64,000 bases of DNA from an uncultured Candidatus Saccharibacteria bacterium (GTDB taxonomy: Bacteria; Patescibacteriota; Doudnabacteria; UBA920). Below, one piece after another: positions 45,310-55,626 of this stretch (positions are counted from its first letter, which is position 1; each line of letters starts with the position of its first letter). Both the position numbers and the translations under genes were made by a program. The notes beneath the pieces were generated by a model. That model saw only the letters and a program-made list of their open reading frames with translations. It was not told the DNA's origin and did not search any database. The stretch covers positions 39,343 through 103,342 of the forward strand of contig CAZTXY010000002.1 in assembly GCA_964617815.1 (NCBI GenBank), written 5' to 3'.

Positions 45310-46767
45310 ATGAACATTACCCAGAAAAAAGTTGCCCTACTGACAAAAATAGAAAAACCTTACGACCTTCTTATTATTCCGATCCAAAAAGGTCAACTAC
45401 CAGCTGAGTTAAAAAAGCTAAAAAACTTTGAGACCAGCGAGATAAATCGTCATCTCAAAATTGGAGACTTAAAAAAACAACGTGGGAGCACGTTGTTATT
45501 TTACCCACATGCCAGCAGAAAAATAGCCACACGTATTCTCTTGGTTGAGATAGGTAAAGAGGTGGCTTCTCAAAAAACAATTACCGATATTGTAAAAAAT
45601 ATTCGTCCATTTTTGGTTAAGTATAAACAGGTAGGCTTACTTGTCCCAACAGATTTTGCTGTCCTTCTAACCCAAACCGTCATAGCTGCAGCATACAGCG
45701 GCAGTTATCAATTCCTTGTTCATAAAACAAAAACTACTGATGACTCAAGTCCCCAAATTAATGCACTAGACCTATTTTGCAATAAGCCTTTGGGTCCAAT
45801 AATAGAAAAGGCTCAAATCTTAGGGAAAGCCTTAGAAGCTGTAAAAACTTTATGCAACCAGCCAGCCAACGCCATGACCCCTAAAGACTTGGCCAGCCAA
45901 AGCCAATTCTTAGCTACTGAGTATGGACTTACTTTCAGCGCTTTTGATGAAGCTACTTTAATTAAAATGGGAATGGGTGGGCTTGTGGGAGTTTCGAGTG
46001 GTTCCAGCGAAGACGCTCAAATGATTATAGTAGAATATAACCCCAAAGGAAAAAATACTGTTGCCCTAGTTGGTAAGGGTATTACTTTTGACAGTGGAGG
46101 TATTTCCATAAAGCCGGCAAAGGACATGCATGAAATGAAATACGACATGGCTGGGGGCGCAACCGTCCTTGGCGTGCTACTAGCTGCCAGCAAACTTAAA
46201 CTGCCGCAGCACTTAGTTGGAGTAATTGCCGCAACCGAAAACCTTCCCTCTGGAACAGCCCTCAAACCCGGCGACGTGATTAAAACCTACAGCGGAAAAA
46301 CAGTAGAAATTTTAAATACTGATGCTGAAGGGCGCTTAGTTTTAGCAGATGGCTTGTCCTATGTCCAAAAAAAGTACAAACCCAAATTAATTATTGACCT
46401 AGCCACATTAACCGGCGCTGTTGTAGTTGCTCTTGGCAACAAAATTACCGGTGCGTTTGGTAATAACGAAGATTTAAATAAGCAATTTCTCGAAGCAACT
46501 AAAACTACCGGTGAAGACACTCATTTCTTACCTCTTTACATGCAATACGTTGACGAGTTAAAAAGTACTGTCGCCGATCTTTCGAATATTGGCAAGCAGC
46601 GAGTCGATGCAATTGTTGCAGCGGTTTTTCTGGCCCAGTTTATTGAAAAAGACATGCCTTGGATTCATCTTGATATAGCTGGCACTGCGTGGAATGGTGA
46701 AGGGGCTAGCGGGGTTATGATTCCAACAATTATTGAGTTCCTGTCCAAACTAAAATTAAAAAAATAA
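45310..46767 (+). CDS. pepA: Leucyl aminopeptidase (M17 family)
   Basis: NTDAEGRLVLADGLSY signature and metal-binding residues; 485 aa. Confidence 0.85.
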   Translation: MNITQKKVALLTKIEKPYDLLIIPIQKGQLPAELKKLKNFETSEINRHLKIGDLKKQRGSTLLFYPHASRKIATRILLVEIGKEVASQKTITDIVKNIRPFLVKYKQVGLLVPTDFAVLLTQTVIAAAYSGSYQFLVHKTKTTDDSSPQINALDLFCNKPLGPIIEKAQILGKALEAVKTLCNQPANAMTPKDLASQSQFLATEYGLTFSAFDEATLIKMGMGGLVGVSSGSSEDAQMIIVEYNPKGKNTVALVGKGITFDSGGISIKPAKDMHEMKYDMAGGATVLGVLLAASKLKLPQHLVGVIAATENLPSGTALKPGDVIKTYSGKTVEILNTDAEGRLVLADGLSYVQKKYKPKLIIDLATLTGAVVVALGNKITGAFGNNEDLNKQFLEATKTTGEDTHFLPLYMQYVDELKSTVADLSNIGKQRVDAIVAAVFLAQFIEKDMPWIHLDIAGTAWNGEGASGVMIPTIIEFLSKLKLKK

Positions 46768-46776
46768 CCGTAGCTA

Positions 46777-47805
46777 ATGTTAGAGTCAACAAAACAAGAT
46801 AATAATATCTTAAGCCCCACTTCCCCTGAAGAAGAAGTCTTTGAACAAACCCTCAGGCCAAGTACCTTACTTGAATTTATTGGACAAGAAAGTCTAAAGG
46901 CAAACTTAGCTGTAGTGATAGAAGCGGCCAAACAACGCGGTGAGCGGATTGAACACGTCCTACTTTATGGCCCACCAGGACTTGGCAAAACCACCCTTGC
47001 CAGTATTATTGCTAAAGAAACTGGGAGCAAACTCAAAACAACTTCTGGCCCAGCGATTGAACGACCTGGAGACTTAGCAGCATTGTTAACCAATCTTGAA
47101 CCTGGTGACACCTTATTTATAGACGAAGTCCACCGTCTCAATAAAGTTGTCGAAGAAATTCTTTATCCCGCCATGGAAGACGGCTTTTTAGATATCGTCA
47201 TTGGCAAAGGACCGGGAGCCCGAAGCGTGCGCATGGATTTACCAAAATTTACCTTAATTGGTGCGACCACACGCATTGGCATGATCTCCAGTCCCCTACG
47301 AGACCGCTTTGGCCTAACCTATCATTTTGATTTCTACGACACAAAAGCGATTAATCAAATTATTAAACGTTCAGCCGTAATTTTAAATAGTCCGATAGAC
47401 GAAGAGTCGAGTTTAATTTTAGCAGAACGCAGCAGGTTTACTCCTCGCATTGCTAATAGAATTTTAAAACGAGTTAGAGACTTTGTGCAGGTTTCTGGCC
47501 ATGATACAATTACAGCTGGGGAAGCTCAAAAAGCTCTTGATCTCCTTGGAATAGACGAGCAAGGGTTAGAATTAAATGACCGTCGTCTGCTAGAAATTAT
47601 TGCTGATAAATTTGCCGGTGGCCCAGTGGGTTTGGGAACTTTGGCCGCGGCTAGCGGCGAGGAACAAGACACTATTGCCGACGTCTACGAACCTTTTCTA
47701 CTGCGTCTTGGTTTAATTATGAGAACACCAAAAGGGCGCCAGCTCACAGAGCGTGGCTACTCCCATTTAGGTAAAACATTTCCAGGGGCTAACACTCTCC
47801 TTTAA
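46777..47805 (+). CDS. ruvB: Holliday junction DNA helicase RuvB
   Basis: [11 protein letters not shown] Walker A, IDEVHRL, sensor and winged-helix regions. Confidence 0.95.
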   Translation: MLESTKQDNNILSPTSPEEEVFEQTLRPSTLLEFIGQESLKANLAVVIEAAKQRGERIEHVLLYGPPGLGKTTLASIIAKETGSKLKTTSGPAIERPGDLAALLTNLEPGDTLFIDEVHRLNKVVEEILYPAMEDGFLDIVIGKGPGARSVRMDLPKFTLIGATTRIGMISSPLRDRFGLTYHFDFYDTKAINQIIKRSAVILNSPIDEESSLILAERSRFTPRIANRILKRVRDFVQVSGHDTITAGEAQKALDLLGIDEQGLELNDRRLLEIIADKFAGGPVGLGTLAAASGEEQDTIADVYEPFLLRLGLIMRTPKGRQLTERGYSHLGKTFPGANTLL

Positions 47806-47810
47806 ATACT

Positions 47811-48023
47811 ATGGATTCATCACAAGTTATCTACGCAATTATTACTGTTGCCTACTTAGGATTTATTTTAATTACTACTTTAATTAGCGCTTTTAGCATT
47901 TATATTTTTTTGCGTTACGGTAAATCACGTACAACTACTTTAACCATTAGTGTTATCTACGCTATTCTATTTATAATTTTAGTAAGCACTTCTTACTCTT
48001 CACTGCAGAACCTAAAAGTCTAA
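47811..48023 (+). CDS. Small membrane protein (70 aa, 2 TM)
   Basis: Hydrophobic ORF tightly packed between ruvB and the PH-domain membrane gene. Confidence 0.4.
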   Translation: MDSSQVIYAIITVAYLGFILITTLISAFSIYIFLRYGKSRTTTLTISVIYAILFIILVSTSYSSLQNLKV

Positions 48024-48028
48024 AAACA

Positions 48029-48592
48029 ATGCACAAACTTTTCCCTAGCCAAAGGCCTGATGAAAAAATTTATTTAGCCATTCGCGAGCATTGGATTTTA
48101 TTAGTGTTAAAACTATTAGTCTGGTTAATTGTCGCTGTACCACTTTTTGCATACTACTGGTTTGGCCAACGAGCCCTGCCAGGCCTTTTTGAAGGACAAA
48201 TGGGTTTATTTTTAAATTTGTTAGCCCAAGTCTACATGACATCTTTGCTAGTAAGCCTCCTTGTTATCTTTGTTCTTTACTATCTTAATATCCATATAAT
48301 AAGCAGTATGCGCATTGTTGATATTGATCAACAAGGCCTTTTAAGCCATGTTGTCTCTGAACTCAACATAGATAAAATTGAAGACGTCACAAGTGAAACC
48401 AATGGCGTGCTGGGAACGATGTTTGACTTTGGTACAGTTTATATTCAAACTGCAGCAGCCAAAGAACGTTTTGAGTTTCAAAATGTCCCAAATCCTGGCT
48501 TGCTTACAAAAATAATTTTAGACCTCTACGAAAAAATTCATCACGCCGAACAATCAAAAGAACAAATTCAGAACCATAAAATAATTATATAA
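48029..48592 (+). CDS. Bacterial PH-domain (YdbS/YdbT-like) membrane protein
   Basis: DEKIYLAIREHW N-terminal motif, two TM helices, C-terminal bPH_2-like region. Confidence 0.55.
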   Translation: MHKLFPSQRPDEKIYLAIREHWILLVLKLLVWLIVAVPLFAYYWFGQRALPGLFEGQMGLFLNLLAQVYMTSLLVSLLVIFVLYYLNIHIISSMRIVDIDQQGLLSHVVSELNIDKIEDVTSETNGVLGTMFDFGTVYIQTAAAKERFEFQNVPNPGLLTKIILDLYEKIHHAEQSKEQIQNHKIII

Positions 48593-48602
48593 ACTAATTT
48601 CT

Positions 48603-49085
48603 ATGTTAAAAAAGAAAGTTAAAAAAAATATAATTGTTGCTGTTAGTGGAGGCTTTGACCCTATTCATCCAGGTCACACTAGACTCATCCATGAAGCCAA
48701 AAAACTTGGTGATAAATTAATTGTCATACTAAACAATGATAATTGGATTAAACAGAAAAAAGGCAAAGTCTTCATGCCACAACATGAGCGCAAAGAAATC
48801 CTAGAGGCTCTCCGTGATGTAGACAAAGTTGTCCTCACAGACCATGCAAAAAACCCAACCGACATGAGTGTGTCAAAAACACTCCAAAAAATCAAACCTA
48901 ATATTTTTGCGAATGGCGGGGACCGCAACAAAAAAAATGCGGCCGATCCAAAATCCTCTCTGTATACTGACATAGCCATGTGCAAAAAACTAAAGTGTAA
49001 GATGGTGTTTAATGCCGGCAAAGGTGGCAAAATTGAATCCAGCTCTTGGCTCCTTGCCAACTACGCCAAAACTAAAAAAAAATAA
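48603..49085 (+). CDS. Cytidylyltransferase-like nucleotidyltransferase (HxGH motif)
   Basis: VSGGFDPIHPGHTRLI (HIGH-type) and ANGGD motifs; 160 aa. Confidence 0.65.
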   Translation: MLKKKVKKNIIVAVSGGFDPIHPGHTRLIHEAKKLGDKLIVILNNDNWIKQKKGKVFMPQHERKEILEALRDVDKVVLTDHAKNPTDMSVSKTLQKIKPNIFANGGDRNKKNAADPKSSLYTDIAMCKKLKCKMVFNAGKGGKIESSSWLLANYAKTKKK

Positions 49086-49087
49086 TA

Positions 49088-49120
49088 AAAAAACTTCCCA
49101 AATTAATGGGAAGTTTTTTA
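49088..49120. terminator. Bidirectional intrinsic terminator (acttccca aattaa tgggaagt + T-run), overlapping the DEAD-box stop
   Basis: 8-bp perfect stem between convergent genes. Confidence 0.8.
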
Positions 49121-50560
49121 AAATTGAGATTCATCAGTTAAGCGGTAAGGTGTAGGATTTTTTCTTTGCACATAACTTGGCCGTGGCTCAGAGCTTGGAG
49201 CATATGGCTTAGCGGGCTTACGTGCTCGGCTTCGCCCTTCGGGACGGCTACTGTGAGGCTTTGACAGAGCATCAAAGCGAGGCTTAGAATAGTCACGCTT
49301 TTGAGGACTAGAGCCGCCGTAAGATCTCTGTGAGGAGAAAGGACGGGAAGAGGGCGCACCTGAACGATATGGGCGCTGTGGTGGCCTTGGGCCACGTTCC
49401 ACTACTGCTTCTGCCATGCGCTTTGGTAAATTTGAAGGGAGAGGTAAAACAGTTAAAACTTTTCTGATCAATCTTTCAATAGCCCTCACATCTCCTCGTT
49501 GTTCTGGGGTTGCAAATGAAATGGCGCGACCAGTAAGACCTGCTCGACCGGTTCTACCAATACGATGCACATAGTCTTCATTACTATCTGGTAAATCAAA
49601 ATTGATAACTAACTCAATACCGGTTACATCAATTCCACGAGCGGCAATGTCTGTTGCTACCAAAACACGATACTTCCCTTTCTTAAAACCCTCTAAAGCT
49701 TCTCTGCGCTGCGGCAGAGAACGATTGGAATGAATTTCTGCGGCAGAGTGCCCCATACCAAAAATACTTTTGGTAATTTTTTTTGCACCAAATTTTGTTC
49801 GGGAAAAAACCAAAATACTCCCAGAATAATCTGTGAGTAATTTTTGCAATAAAGAAAGCTTGTCATTTTTATGTACAAAAAATACTTCTTGAGCAACTTG
49901 TTGAGCAGAGGTTCCGGCTGGAGCAACTTCAACGCGCACAGGAAGTTTCATATAAGAAGTTGCAATCCCCACAATGCTATCTGGCATTGTTGCGGAAAAC
50001 AACATAGTTTGTCTGTCTTTTGGTACTGTTTGTAAAATCTTTTTTATTTGAGGTGCAAAACCCATATCAAGCATTCGATCAGCTTCATCGAGCACTAACA
50101 TATTTACCAAATCAAGTTTTATAGTCCCTTGTTCCAAATGGTCAATTAAACGTCCTGGGGTTGCAACTATAATGTGCGGGCTGCGACGCAAATCGCGCAA
50201 CTGAATGCCCATAGACTGACCGCCAATTAAAACAGCAGTTTTTAAACCTAAATTTTTTCCAATATTTTTGAGGGCTTCATCTACCTGCAAGGCCAATTCT
50301 CTAGTTGGCAATATTACAAGTCCTTGACCTTTATTTTGTCCCAAACGTTGGATCATGGGCAAACCAAAAGCTAAGGTTTTCCCTGTTCCTGTTTGAGCAA
50401 TCCCAATCAAATCTTTACCAGCGACAGCTTCTGGGATAGCTTGTTTTTGAATTGGTGTTGGGGTAACAAACTTTGCTTTTGTGAGAATATCTAAAATCTT
50501 AGGGTTTAAACCTAAGTTATTGAAAGTATTATTATTTGAAATGTCTGCTTCTTTAATCAT
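49118..50560 (-). CDS. DEAD-box ATP-dependent RNA helicase with basic Arg/Ser/Pro-rich C-terminal tail
   Basis: Q-motif, AQTGTGKT, PTRELA, DEAD, SAT and HRIGRTGRAG motifs. Confidence 0.9.
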   Translation of the reverse strand: MIKEADISNNNTFNNLGLNPKILDILTKAKFVTPTPIQKQAIPEAVAGKDLIGIAQTGTGKTLAFGLPMIQRLGQNKGQGLVILPTRELALQVDEALKNIGKNLGLKTAVLIGGQSMGIQLRDLRRSPHIIVATPGRLIDHLEQGTIKLDLVNMLVLDEADRMLDMGFAPQIKKILQTVPKDRQTMLFSATMPDSIVGIATSYMKLPVRVEVAPAGTSAQQVAQEVFFVHKNDKLSLLQKLLTDYSGSILVFSRTKFGAKKITKSIFGMGHSAAEIHSNRSLPQRREALEGFKKGKYRVLVATDIAARGIDVTGIELVINFDLPDSNEDYVHRIGRTGRAGLTGRAISFATPEQRGDVRAIERLIRKVLTVLPLPSNLPKRMAEAVVERGPRPPQRPYRSGAPSSRPFSSQRSYGGSSPQKRDYSKPRFDALSKPHSSRPEGRSRARKPAKPYAPSSEPRPSYVQRKNPTPYRLTDESQF

Positions 50561-50575
50561 ATGAGCAATAAAAAA

Positions 50576-50591
50576 TGGCCCGAAGAGGCCA
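50576..50591 (-). promoter_or_regulatory. GC hairpin (tggcc tcttcg ggcca on the transcript) followed by U7, inside the DEAD-box helicase 5' leader
   Basis: Lies downstream of a strong minus-strand promoter (TTGACA at 50649-50654, 17-nt spacer, TATAAT at 50626-50631). The hairpin ends about 15 nt before the ATG. Confidence 0.45.
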
Positions 50592-50657
50592 GAAGAAAAA
50601 GTTAAAACTTAAGGCGATATCTATAATTATAGCAAAAAGTTGCCTTTTTGTCAACTA

Positions 50658-50696
50658 ATAAAAGAGGTTATTATCTACAATAATAACCTCTTTTAC
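50658..50696. terminator. recF terminator: 12-bp perfect palindrome agaggttattat ctaca ataataacctct with A/T flanks
   Basis: Lies immediately after the recF stop (50709). Confidence 0.75.
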
Positions 50697-50708
50697 ATCC
50701 AAAATGAT

Positions 50709-51797
50709 TTATATGGAGTCTTCTTCAATACTAGAGGGCGACAAAGTCACATGTTGTCCTGCCATCTCAAGAGGGTGAGTTGAAGTAATTAGAGTTTGGA
50801 ACTTGTCCTGTAAATAACGGAGTAAAAACGTTCTTCGGGTGTCATCAAGCTCAGAGAGAACATCATCGAGCAATAAAATTGGTTTATCATCCCCATTGCT
50901 CAAGTATTCCAACTCCAGAATTTTTAGAGCTAAAATTTGGCTTCGCTGTTCCCCCCTCGAAGAAAATGGGGAAAGATACAACCCTTCACTTCTGAGTGAA
51001 AAATCGTCCCTGTGTGGACCAATTAAGGAAGTTGCTATCAGCAGCTCTTTAGTCTTAACCTTCTCTAAGGCCTCGCGAAAAACTTCGCTAATCTCTTCAG
51101 TACTTTCTCCTGCCAAACTTTCATACGAAACTTCCACGGGTCTGTTAAATTTTGAGATTGCAGAATATATTTCTGAAATACTTTGGTTTAAATAATTTAC
51201 AAATTGTTTTCTTTCAAAAATAATTCTTGACCCAACAACTACAAGTTGTTCGTTCCATGAATCTAAATCTGAGGAATTACTTCCATTACTTTTTAAGCCT
51301 TGCAAAAGTTTATTTTTTTGAGACAAAATTCTTTTGTAAGCTGTAACGTCTTCGAGATAGCCCAAACTCTTTTGCGACAAAACCATGTTTAAATACTTGC
51401 GCCGACTCTCTGGGGGTTTTGTAAATAAATCGACATCGCTGGGCTCAAAAATTACTACCCGCACAAACCCTTGTGCATCTTTGCGTTTTGTTTTCACCCC
51501 ATCAATTTTAAAATTTGCGTAAATTTTATCTCGTCTGTCTAAAAAGATTTCTAGAGTGTGAATGTCTCCATCTTTTTCCACTTCAACTTTGACCTGGCTA
51601 TTGGTTACTCCACGCATAAAAATGAATTCGGCATCATCTCTAAATGACTTAAATAATGATGAAAAATAAACTGATTCTAACAAGTTTGTTTTTCCTACTG
51701 CATTAGGGCCAGAAAACACCACCATGTCATTGGTTACTTCCAAACTTAAGTCTGGGTAATTTCTAAAATTCTTTAGTTCAATGTGTTTGAGTCTCAT
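50709..51797 (-). CDS. recF: DNA replication and repair protein RecF
   Basis: GPNAVGKTNLLES Walker A and SMC-like signature/Walker B at the C-terminus. Confidence 0.9.
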   Translation of the reverse strand: MRLKHIELKNFRNYPDLSLEVTNDMVVFSGPNAVGKTNLLESVYFSSLFKSFRDDAEFIFMRGVTNSQVKVEVEKDGDIHTLEIFLDRRDKIYANFKIDGVKTKRKDAQGFVRVVIFEPSDVDLFTKPPESRRKYLNMVLSQKSLGYLEDVTAYKRILSQKNKLLQGLKSNGSNSSDLDSWNEQLVVVGSRIIFERKQFVNYLNQSISEIYSAISKFNRPVEVSYESLAGESTEEISEVFREALEKVKTKELLIATSLIGPHRDDFSLRSEGLYLSPFSSRGEQRSQILALKILELEYLSNGDDKPILLLDDVLSELDDTRRTFLLRYLQDKFQTLITSTHPLEMAGQHVTLSPSSIEEDSI

Positions 51798-51815
51798 ATT
51801 ATTTTTCTGATTAAT

Positions 51816-52913
51816 TTAAACACTAATAGGTTTTACTAAATATGTATAATTTTCATTTCCTTCTGGCACTAAAACCACTAAAGAAGAATTATCAAAAACT
51901 TTAAATAATACTTTTTCTTCTTCCATTGTATTTAATGCATCCAGCACATATTTATAGTTTAGCAAGACTTCACCACCAGGCCCAGTAACCTCCCCAGACA
52001 AAGTTACTTGGCTTTCACCTATGTCTTGAGAGCTTGAAGATACAATTAAGCTTTTTGTCTCTGGAGAAAACTTAAACAACACACTGTTTCCTAGTTTGGA
52101 AAAGATACTACTTGTTTTTAAGGCATTTACAAATTGTTGGCGGTCTACCGAAACAATTGTTTGGAATTCGGTTGGAAAAATTTGGTGATAATCTAAGTAT
52201 TGACCGTCAATTAACCTACTAACCAACTCAACCGAACCAACTCTAATTGCCATCTGGTTATCGGCTAAAACCATGCTTACTTCCAAATCCCCAGCAACTA
52301 TCAATCTTGAAATCTCTATGGCTGTACGGTGAGGAATAACTACATCTTGCGTACCAGTAGTATTTTTTATTAATAACTTCTTCTCCGCTAAGCGATATCT
52401 GTCAGTTGCGGCAAAAACGATTTCATTTTCTTTTGTTTTAAAATTGACGCCTGAAATAATTGGCTGGGATTCACTTAATGCAGTAGCGAAAATTACTTGT
52501 TCTAAGCTTTGTTTAAACTCTAAAGCTGGCAATGTCGCAGACCACAGGCTGTCCACTGTTGGTATTAAAGGAAAGTCCTCTGCAGGAAAAGTATGTAATT
52601 TTGTTGTGTAATCCTCTGTACTCACAACAACCTCTGTTCCTTCCAAAAACAAAGAAATATTTTGGTTGGGGAGATTTGAAATAAGGTCAATTATTGTTTT
52701 TGCCGGAATTGTTACTGCACCATCTTCTTCCACTTTACATCGGACAGAGGTTTTCATTGCTAACTCTAAGTTGGTTGCTGTTAAGACTAGGGATCCGTTT
52801 TCTGTTCTAAACAAAATGTTATTTAAAACCGGTAAGGTGTTTGTCCCACTAATTATTCTTCCGACTGTCTGTAAACCCTTTTTTAAATTTTCTTGGGTGC
52901 ATATTATTTTCAT
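51816..52913 (-). CDS. dnaN: DNA polymerase III beta sliding clamp
   Basis: 365 aa, three-domain clamp pattern, position between dnaA and recF. Confidence 0.9.
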   Translation of the reverse strand: MKIICTQENLKKGLQTVGRIISGTNTLPVLNNILFRTENGSLVLTATNLELAMKTSVRCKVEEDGAVTIPAKTIIDLISNLPNQNISLFLEGTEVVVSTEDYTTKLHTFPAEDFPLIPTVDSLWSATLPALEFKQSLEQVIFATALSESQPIISGVNFKTKENEIVFAATDRYRLAEKKLLIKNTTGTQDVVIPHRTAIEISRLIVAGDLEVSMVLADNQMAIRVGSVELVSRLIDGQYLDYHQIFPTEFQTIVSVDRQQFVNALKTSSIFSKLGNSVLFKFSPETKSLIVSSSSQDIGESQVTLSGEVTGPGGEVLLNYKYVLDALNTMEEEKVLFKVFDNSSLVVLVPEGNENYTYLVKPISV

Positions 52914-53165
52914 ATCTGTAGTTTAAATAATTAGTAGTAACAATAAGGAGTGTGGATTAGTGGATAAACACTTTTCTCTTAATAACTGTTGGGAGAAAAG
53001 GTTTTATTTTTTTCTTTTTGTTGTTTATAAGTCAGTGGGAAGATGTTAGTAAGTTTTGAAAATTTTAAATTTTTCTGAAGGAAGAAATTTTTATACATAA
53101 CTTATACAAAGTTTCTAATTCTTTTTCCACATACTTGTCCAGAAGGTTTTCCCCAAAAATAATTT
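52914..53165. other. Candidate oriC / DnaA-box cluster and AT-rich unwinding region in the dnaN-dnaA spacer
   Basis: TGTGGATTA (52950-52958), GTGGATAAA (52960-52968) and TTTTCCACA (53124-53132) each have one mismatch to TTATCCACA/TGTGGATAA. An extended A/T-rich stretch lies between them. Confidence 0.45.
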
Positions 53166-54524
53166 CTATAAGACATAAAGTTTTCCTAAAATACTGTCTA
53201 TTTCTTGTTTTAGCGGGTCATTGTTTTTAAGATTATTTTCTATTTTTTCCACTCCATGCATTACCGTGGTATGGTCTCTCCCTCCAAAAAAATCTCCTAT
53301 TGTTGGGAACGAACTTCCAATCTCTTTTCGAGCTAAGTACATTGCAATCTGCCTTGGTCCAACAAATTCTTTTTTTCTAGATTGTTTTAGAAGATCTTCA
53401 GTCGTAATGTTATAGAATTCTGCAACAGACATCGCAATCTTTTTTAGGGTGGTTAACCTTTTCTTGTTTGTTACCATTGTTCCTAAAATTTGTTTAACAT
53501 TTTCAAGAGTTAGGGTTCTATTTTCCATTTGCTGGTATACCAACAAACGGTTGAGAGCCCCTTCAAGTTCGCGAATATTATTAATAATGTTTTCTGCTAT
53601 AAAGTAAAGGATCTCTGGTTCTATATTAACTCCGCGTTTAGCGGTTTTTGTCCTTAAAATTGCCATTCTAGTCTCTAAATCAGGGGCTTGAATATCTGCA
53701 ACCATCCCCCACTCAAAGCGAGACACTAAGCGTTGTTCTATTGCAGGGATCTCCTTTGGGAGCCTATCGGCAGTCATTATAATTTGCTTGCCTTTGTCAC
53801 GAAGTTCGTTGAAGGTGTGGAAAAATTCTTCTTGAGTTCCTTCCTTTCCAGCAATAAATTGAATGTCGTCAATTAAAAGCATGTCTACCCCGCGGTAGAG
53901 CTTTTTAAATTCATCCATTTTTTTATGACCAATGGCGTAGATATAATCGTTGGTAAATTTTTCACTGGTAACATACAAGACTTTGGTTTTAGAGCTGTCT
54001 TGCAGTAATTTATTTCCTACTGCGTGCATTAAATGAGTTTTTCCTAAACCCACCCCACCATAAATAAACAGTGGGTTGTATTGGCTCCCAGGGTTTTTAG
54101 AGACAGCTTCACTTGCTGCGTGTGCTAGTTCGTTGTGTTTACCAATAACAAATGTGTCAAAAATATATTTTGGGTTTATACCAGAATTACCAACCGGCAC
54201 CGTTTCTTTATAAGCTTTTTCACTGCTGGTGTCTGATTCGCCTTGAGACTGCTCTAAAGTTTGGTTAATTGGCTTTTGGTTAAAACCTACTTGATATTTA
54301 ACATCTCGTATTTCTGGTGCTAAGGTTTTTAAAACCTTCAATATTTCTTGGTGGTATTTTGCTGATATCCAGTCCTTATTAAAAGAGCTTGGTACAGAAA
54401 CAATGATTTGATCAGGGAGTCTCTCAAGAATGGTTGTGTTGCGAAACCAGGTGTTAAAGTTTGCTTTACTTAAAGAAACTTCTAAGCTTCCTAATATTGC
54501 TTGCCAGAGTTGCTGATTATTCAT
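53166..54524 (-). CDS. dnaA: Chromosomal replication initiator protein DnaA
   Basis: GGVGLGKTHLMHAVGN Walker A, AAA+ sensor, C-terminal DNA-binding helix-turn-helix. Confidence 0.95.
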   Translation of the reverse strand: MNNQQLWQAILGSLEVSLSKANFNTWFRNTTILERLPDQIIVSVPSSFNKDWISAKYHQEILKVLKTLAPEIRDVKYQVGFNQKPINQTLEQSQGESDTSSEKAYKETVPVGNSGINPKYIFDTFVIGKHNELAHAASEAVSKNPGSQYNPLFIYGGVGLGKTHLMHAVGNKLLQDSSKTKVLYVTSEKFTNDYIYAIGHKKMDEFKKLYRGVDMLLIDDIQFIAGKEGTQEEFFHTFNELRDKGKQIIMTADRLPKEIPAIEQRLVSRFEWGMVADIQAPDLETRMAILRTKTAKRGVNIEPEILYFIAENIINNIRELEGALNRLLVYQQMENRTLTLENVKQILGTMVTNKKRLTTLKKIAMSVAEFYNITTEDLLKQSRKKEFVGPRQIAMYLARKEIGSSFPTIGDFFGGRDHTTVMHGVEKIENNLKNNDPLKQEIDSILGKLYVL

Positions 54525-54888
54525 TGTTTTTATTTCTTTTCGTTTAGGTTCTTACTAACAAGATTTTTGCATAAAAAAACTCGCTAAATTTTAGTCTACT
54601 CACCTATTTTCCCCTAATGCTAAATTTTCAGAAATCACAGCCTAAAATGAAGCGATATTTTATTGTAACAGGCACTTATCAACATGTAAATAACATATAA
54701 AACCCACTTAATTAAAGGCTATTTTTATTTGCCTGTTAATATCCTGTGGAAGCTTTGTTGGTAACTATGAATTTGTAAGGCTATTCTTTAGGAATGAAAA
54801 AAACAGAAATAATAGCGGTTGACGGGAGTGCTTTTCTTCAGTATAATAAGTTGGCATTGTTTTAGTTATTTGTAACAGATCAGAGACT

Positions 54889-55023
54889 ATGAAGAGAACT
54901 TATCAACCGAAAGTTAAGAAACGTAGCCGTGTCCATGGTTTTCGCAAGCGCATGCTTACGAGAACTGGACGTGCAGTTATAGCTCGCCGCCGCCAAAAAG
55001 GGCGCAAAAAACTTACTGTATAA
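54889..55023 (+). CDS. rpmH: 50S ribosomal protein L34
   Basis: Manual translation: [44 protein letters not shown] (44 aa, below ORF-track threshold). A TTGACG-17-TATAAT promoter lies upstream. Confidence 0.85.
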   Translation: MKRTYQPKVKKRSRVHGFRKRMLTRTGRAVIARRRQKGRKKLTV

Positions 55024-55037
55024 AACGCAAAACTTTC

Positions 55038-55379
55038 ATGTTTAAAAAACCTAACCGCCTTGCAAAAACTAAAGATGTCCAAACTACTTTAGCTTCTGGG
55101 CGGGGTTTTTTTAACCAATTTTGGACAATAAAATTTAAATCCGGACAAATAGCCGAGTCTCGTTTTACAGTTATTATTTCTACAAAAGTTGCCAAGCAAG
55201 CGGTTATTAGAAATCGAATCAAAAGAATTTTGCGGGATTTTTTAAGACAGAACATTGCAATCTTGAAAAAAGGAGACTACGCTATTATTATAAAGTCTCG
55301 TATTAAAACGTTAACAGCAAAAGAAATTCGTTTGGAAATGCAAAGTTTTTTAACAAAAACTAAATTTATTAAAAATTAA
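55038..55379 (+). CDS. rnpA: Ribonuclease P protein component
   Basis: Conserved RNR motif region AVIRNRIKRILRD; position after rpmH. Confidence 0.85.
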   Translation: MFKKPNRLAKTKDVQTTLASGRGFFNQFWTIKFKSGQIAESRFTVIISTKVAKQAVIRNRIKRILRDFLRQNIAILKKGDYAIIIKSRIKTLTAKEIRLEMQSFLTKTKFIKN

Positions 55380-55381
55380 CC

Positions 55382-55621
55382 ATGAATATTTTTAATAACA
55401 TTACAATTCAAATAATTAAGATTTACCAAAAAACATTATCTCCTGACCACGGATTAATGTCTGCTAAGTATCCACACGGTTTTTGCAGACACTACCCTTC
55501 CTGTAGTCAATACGCAGTTGAAGCTTTACTGAGGTATAATTTTTTTAAAAGTACTTTTTTAATAATTAAGAGAGTGTTGTTGTGCAACCCTTTCGTTAGC
55601 CCAAGAATTAATCATCCCTAA
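55382..55621 (+). CDS. yidD: Membrane protein insertion efficiency factor YidD
   Basis: YQKTLSP...CRHYPSCSQYAVEAL motif. Confidence 0.8.
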   Translation: MNIFNNITIQIIKIYQKTLSPDHGLMSAKYPHGFCRHYPSCSQYAVEALLRYNFFKSTFLIIKRVLLCNPFVSPRINHP

Positions 55622-55626
55622 TAAAT

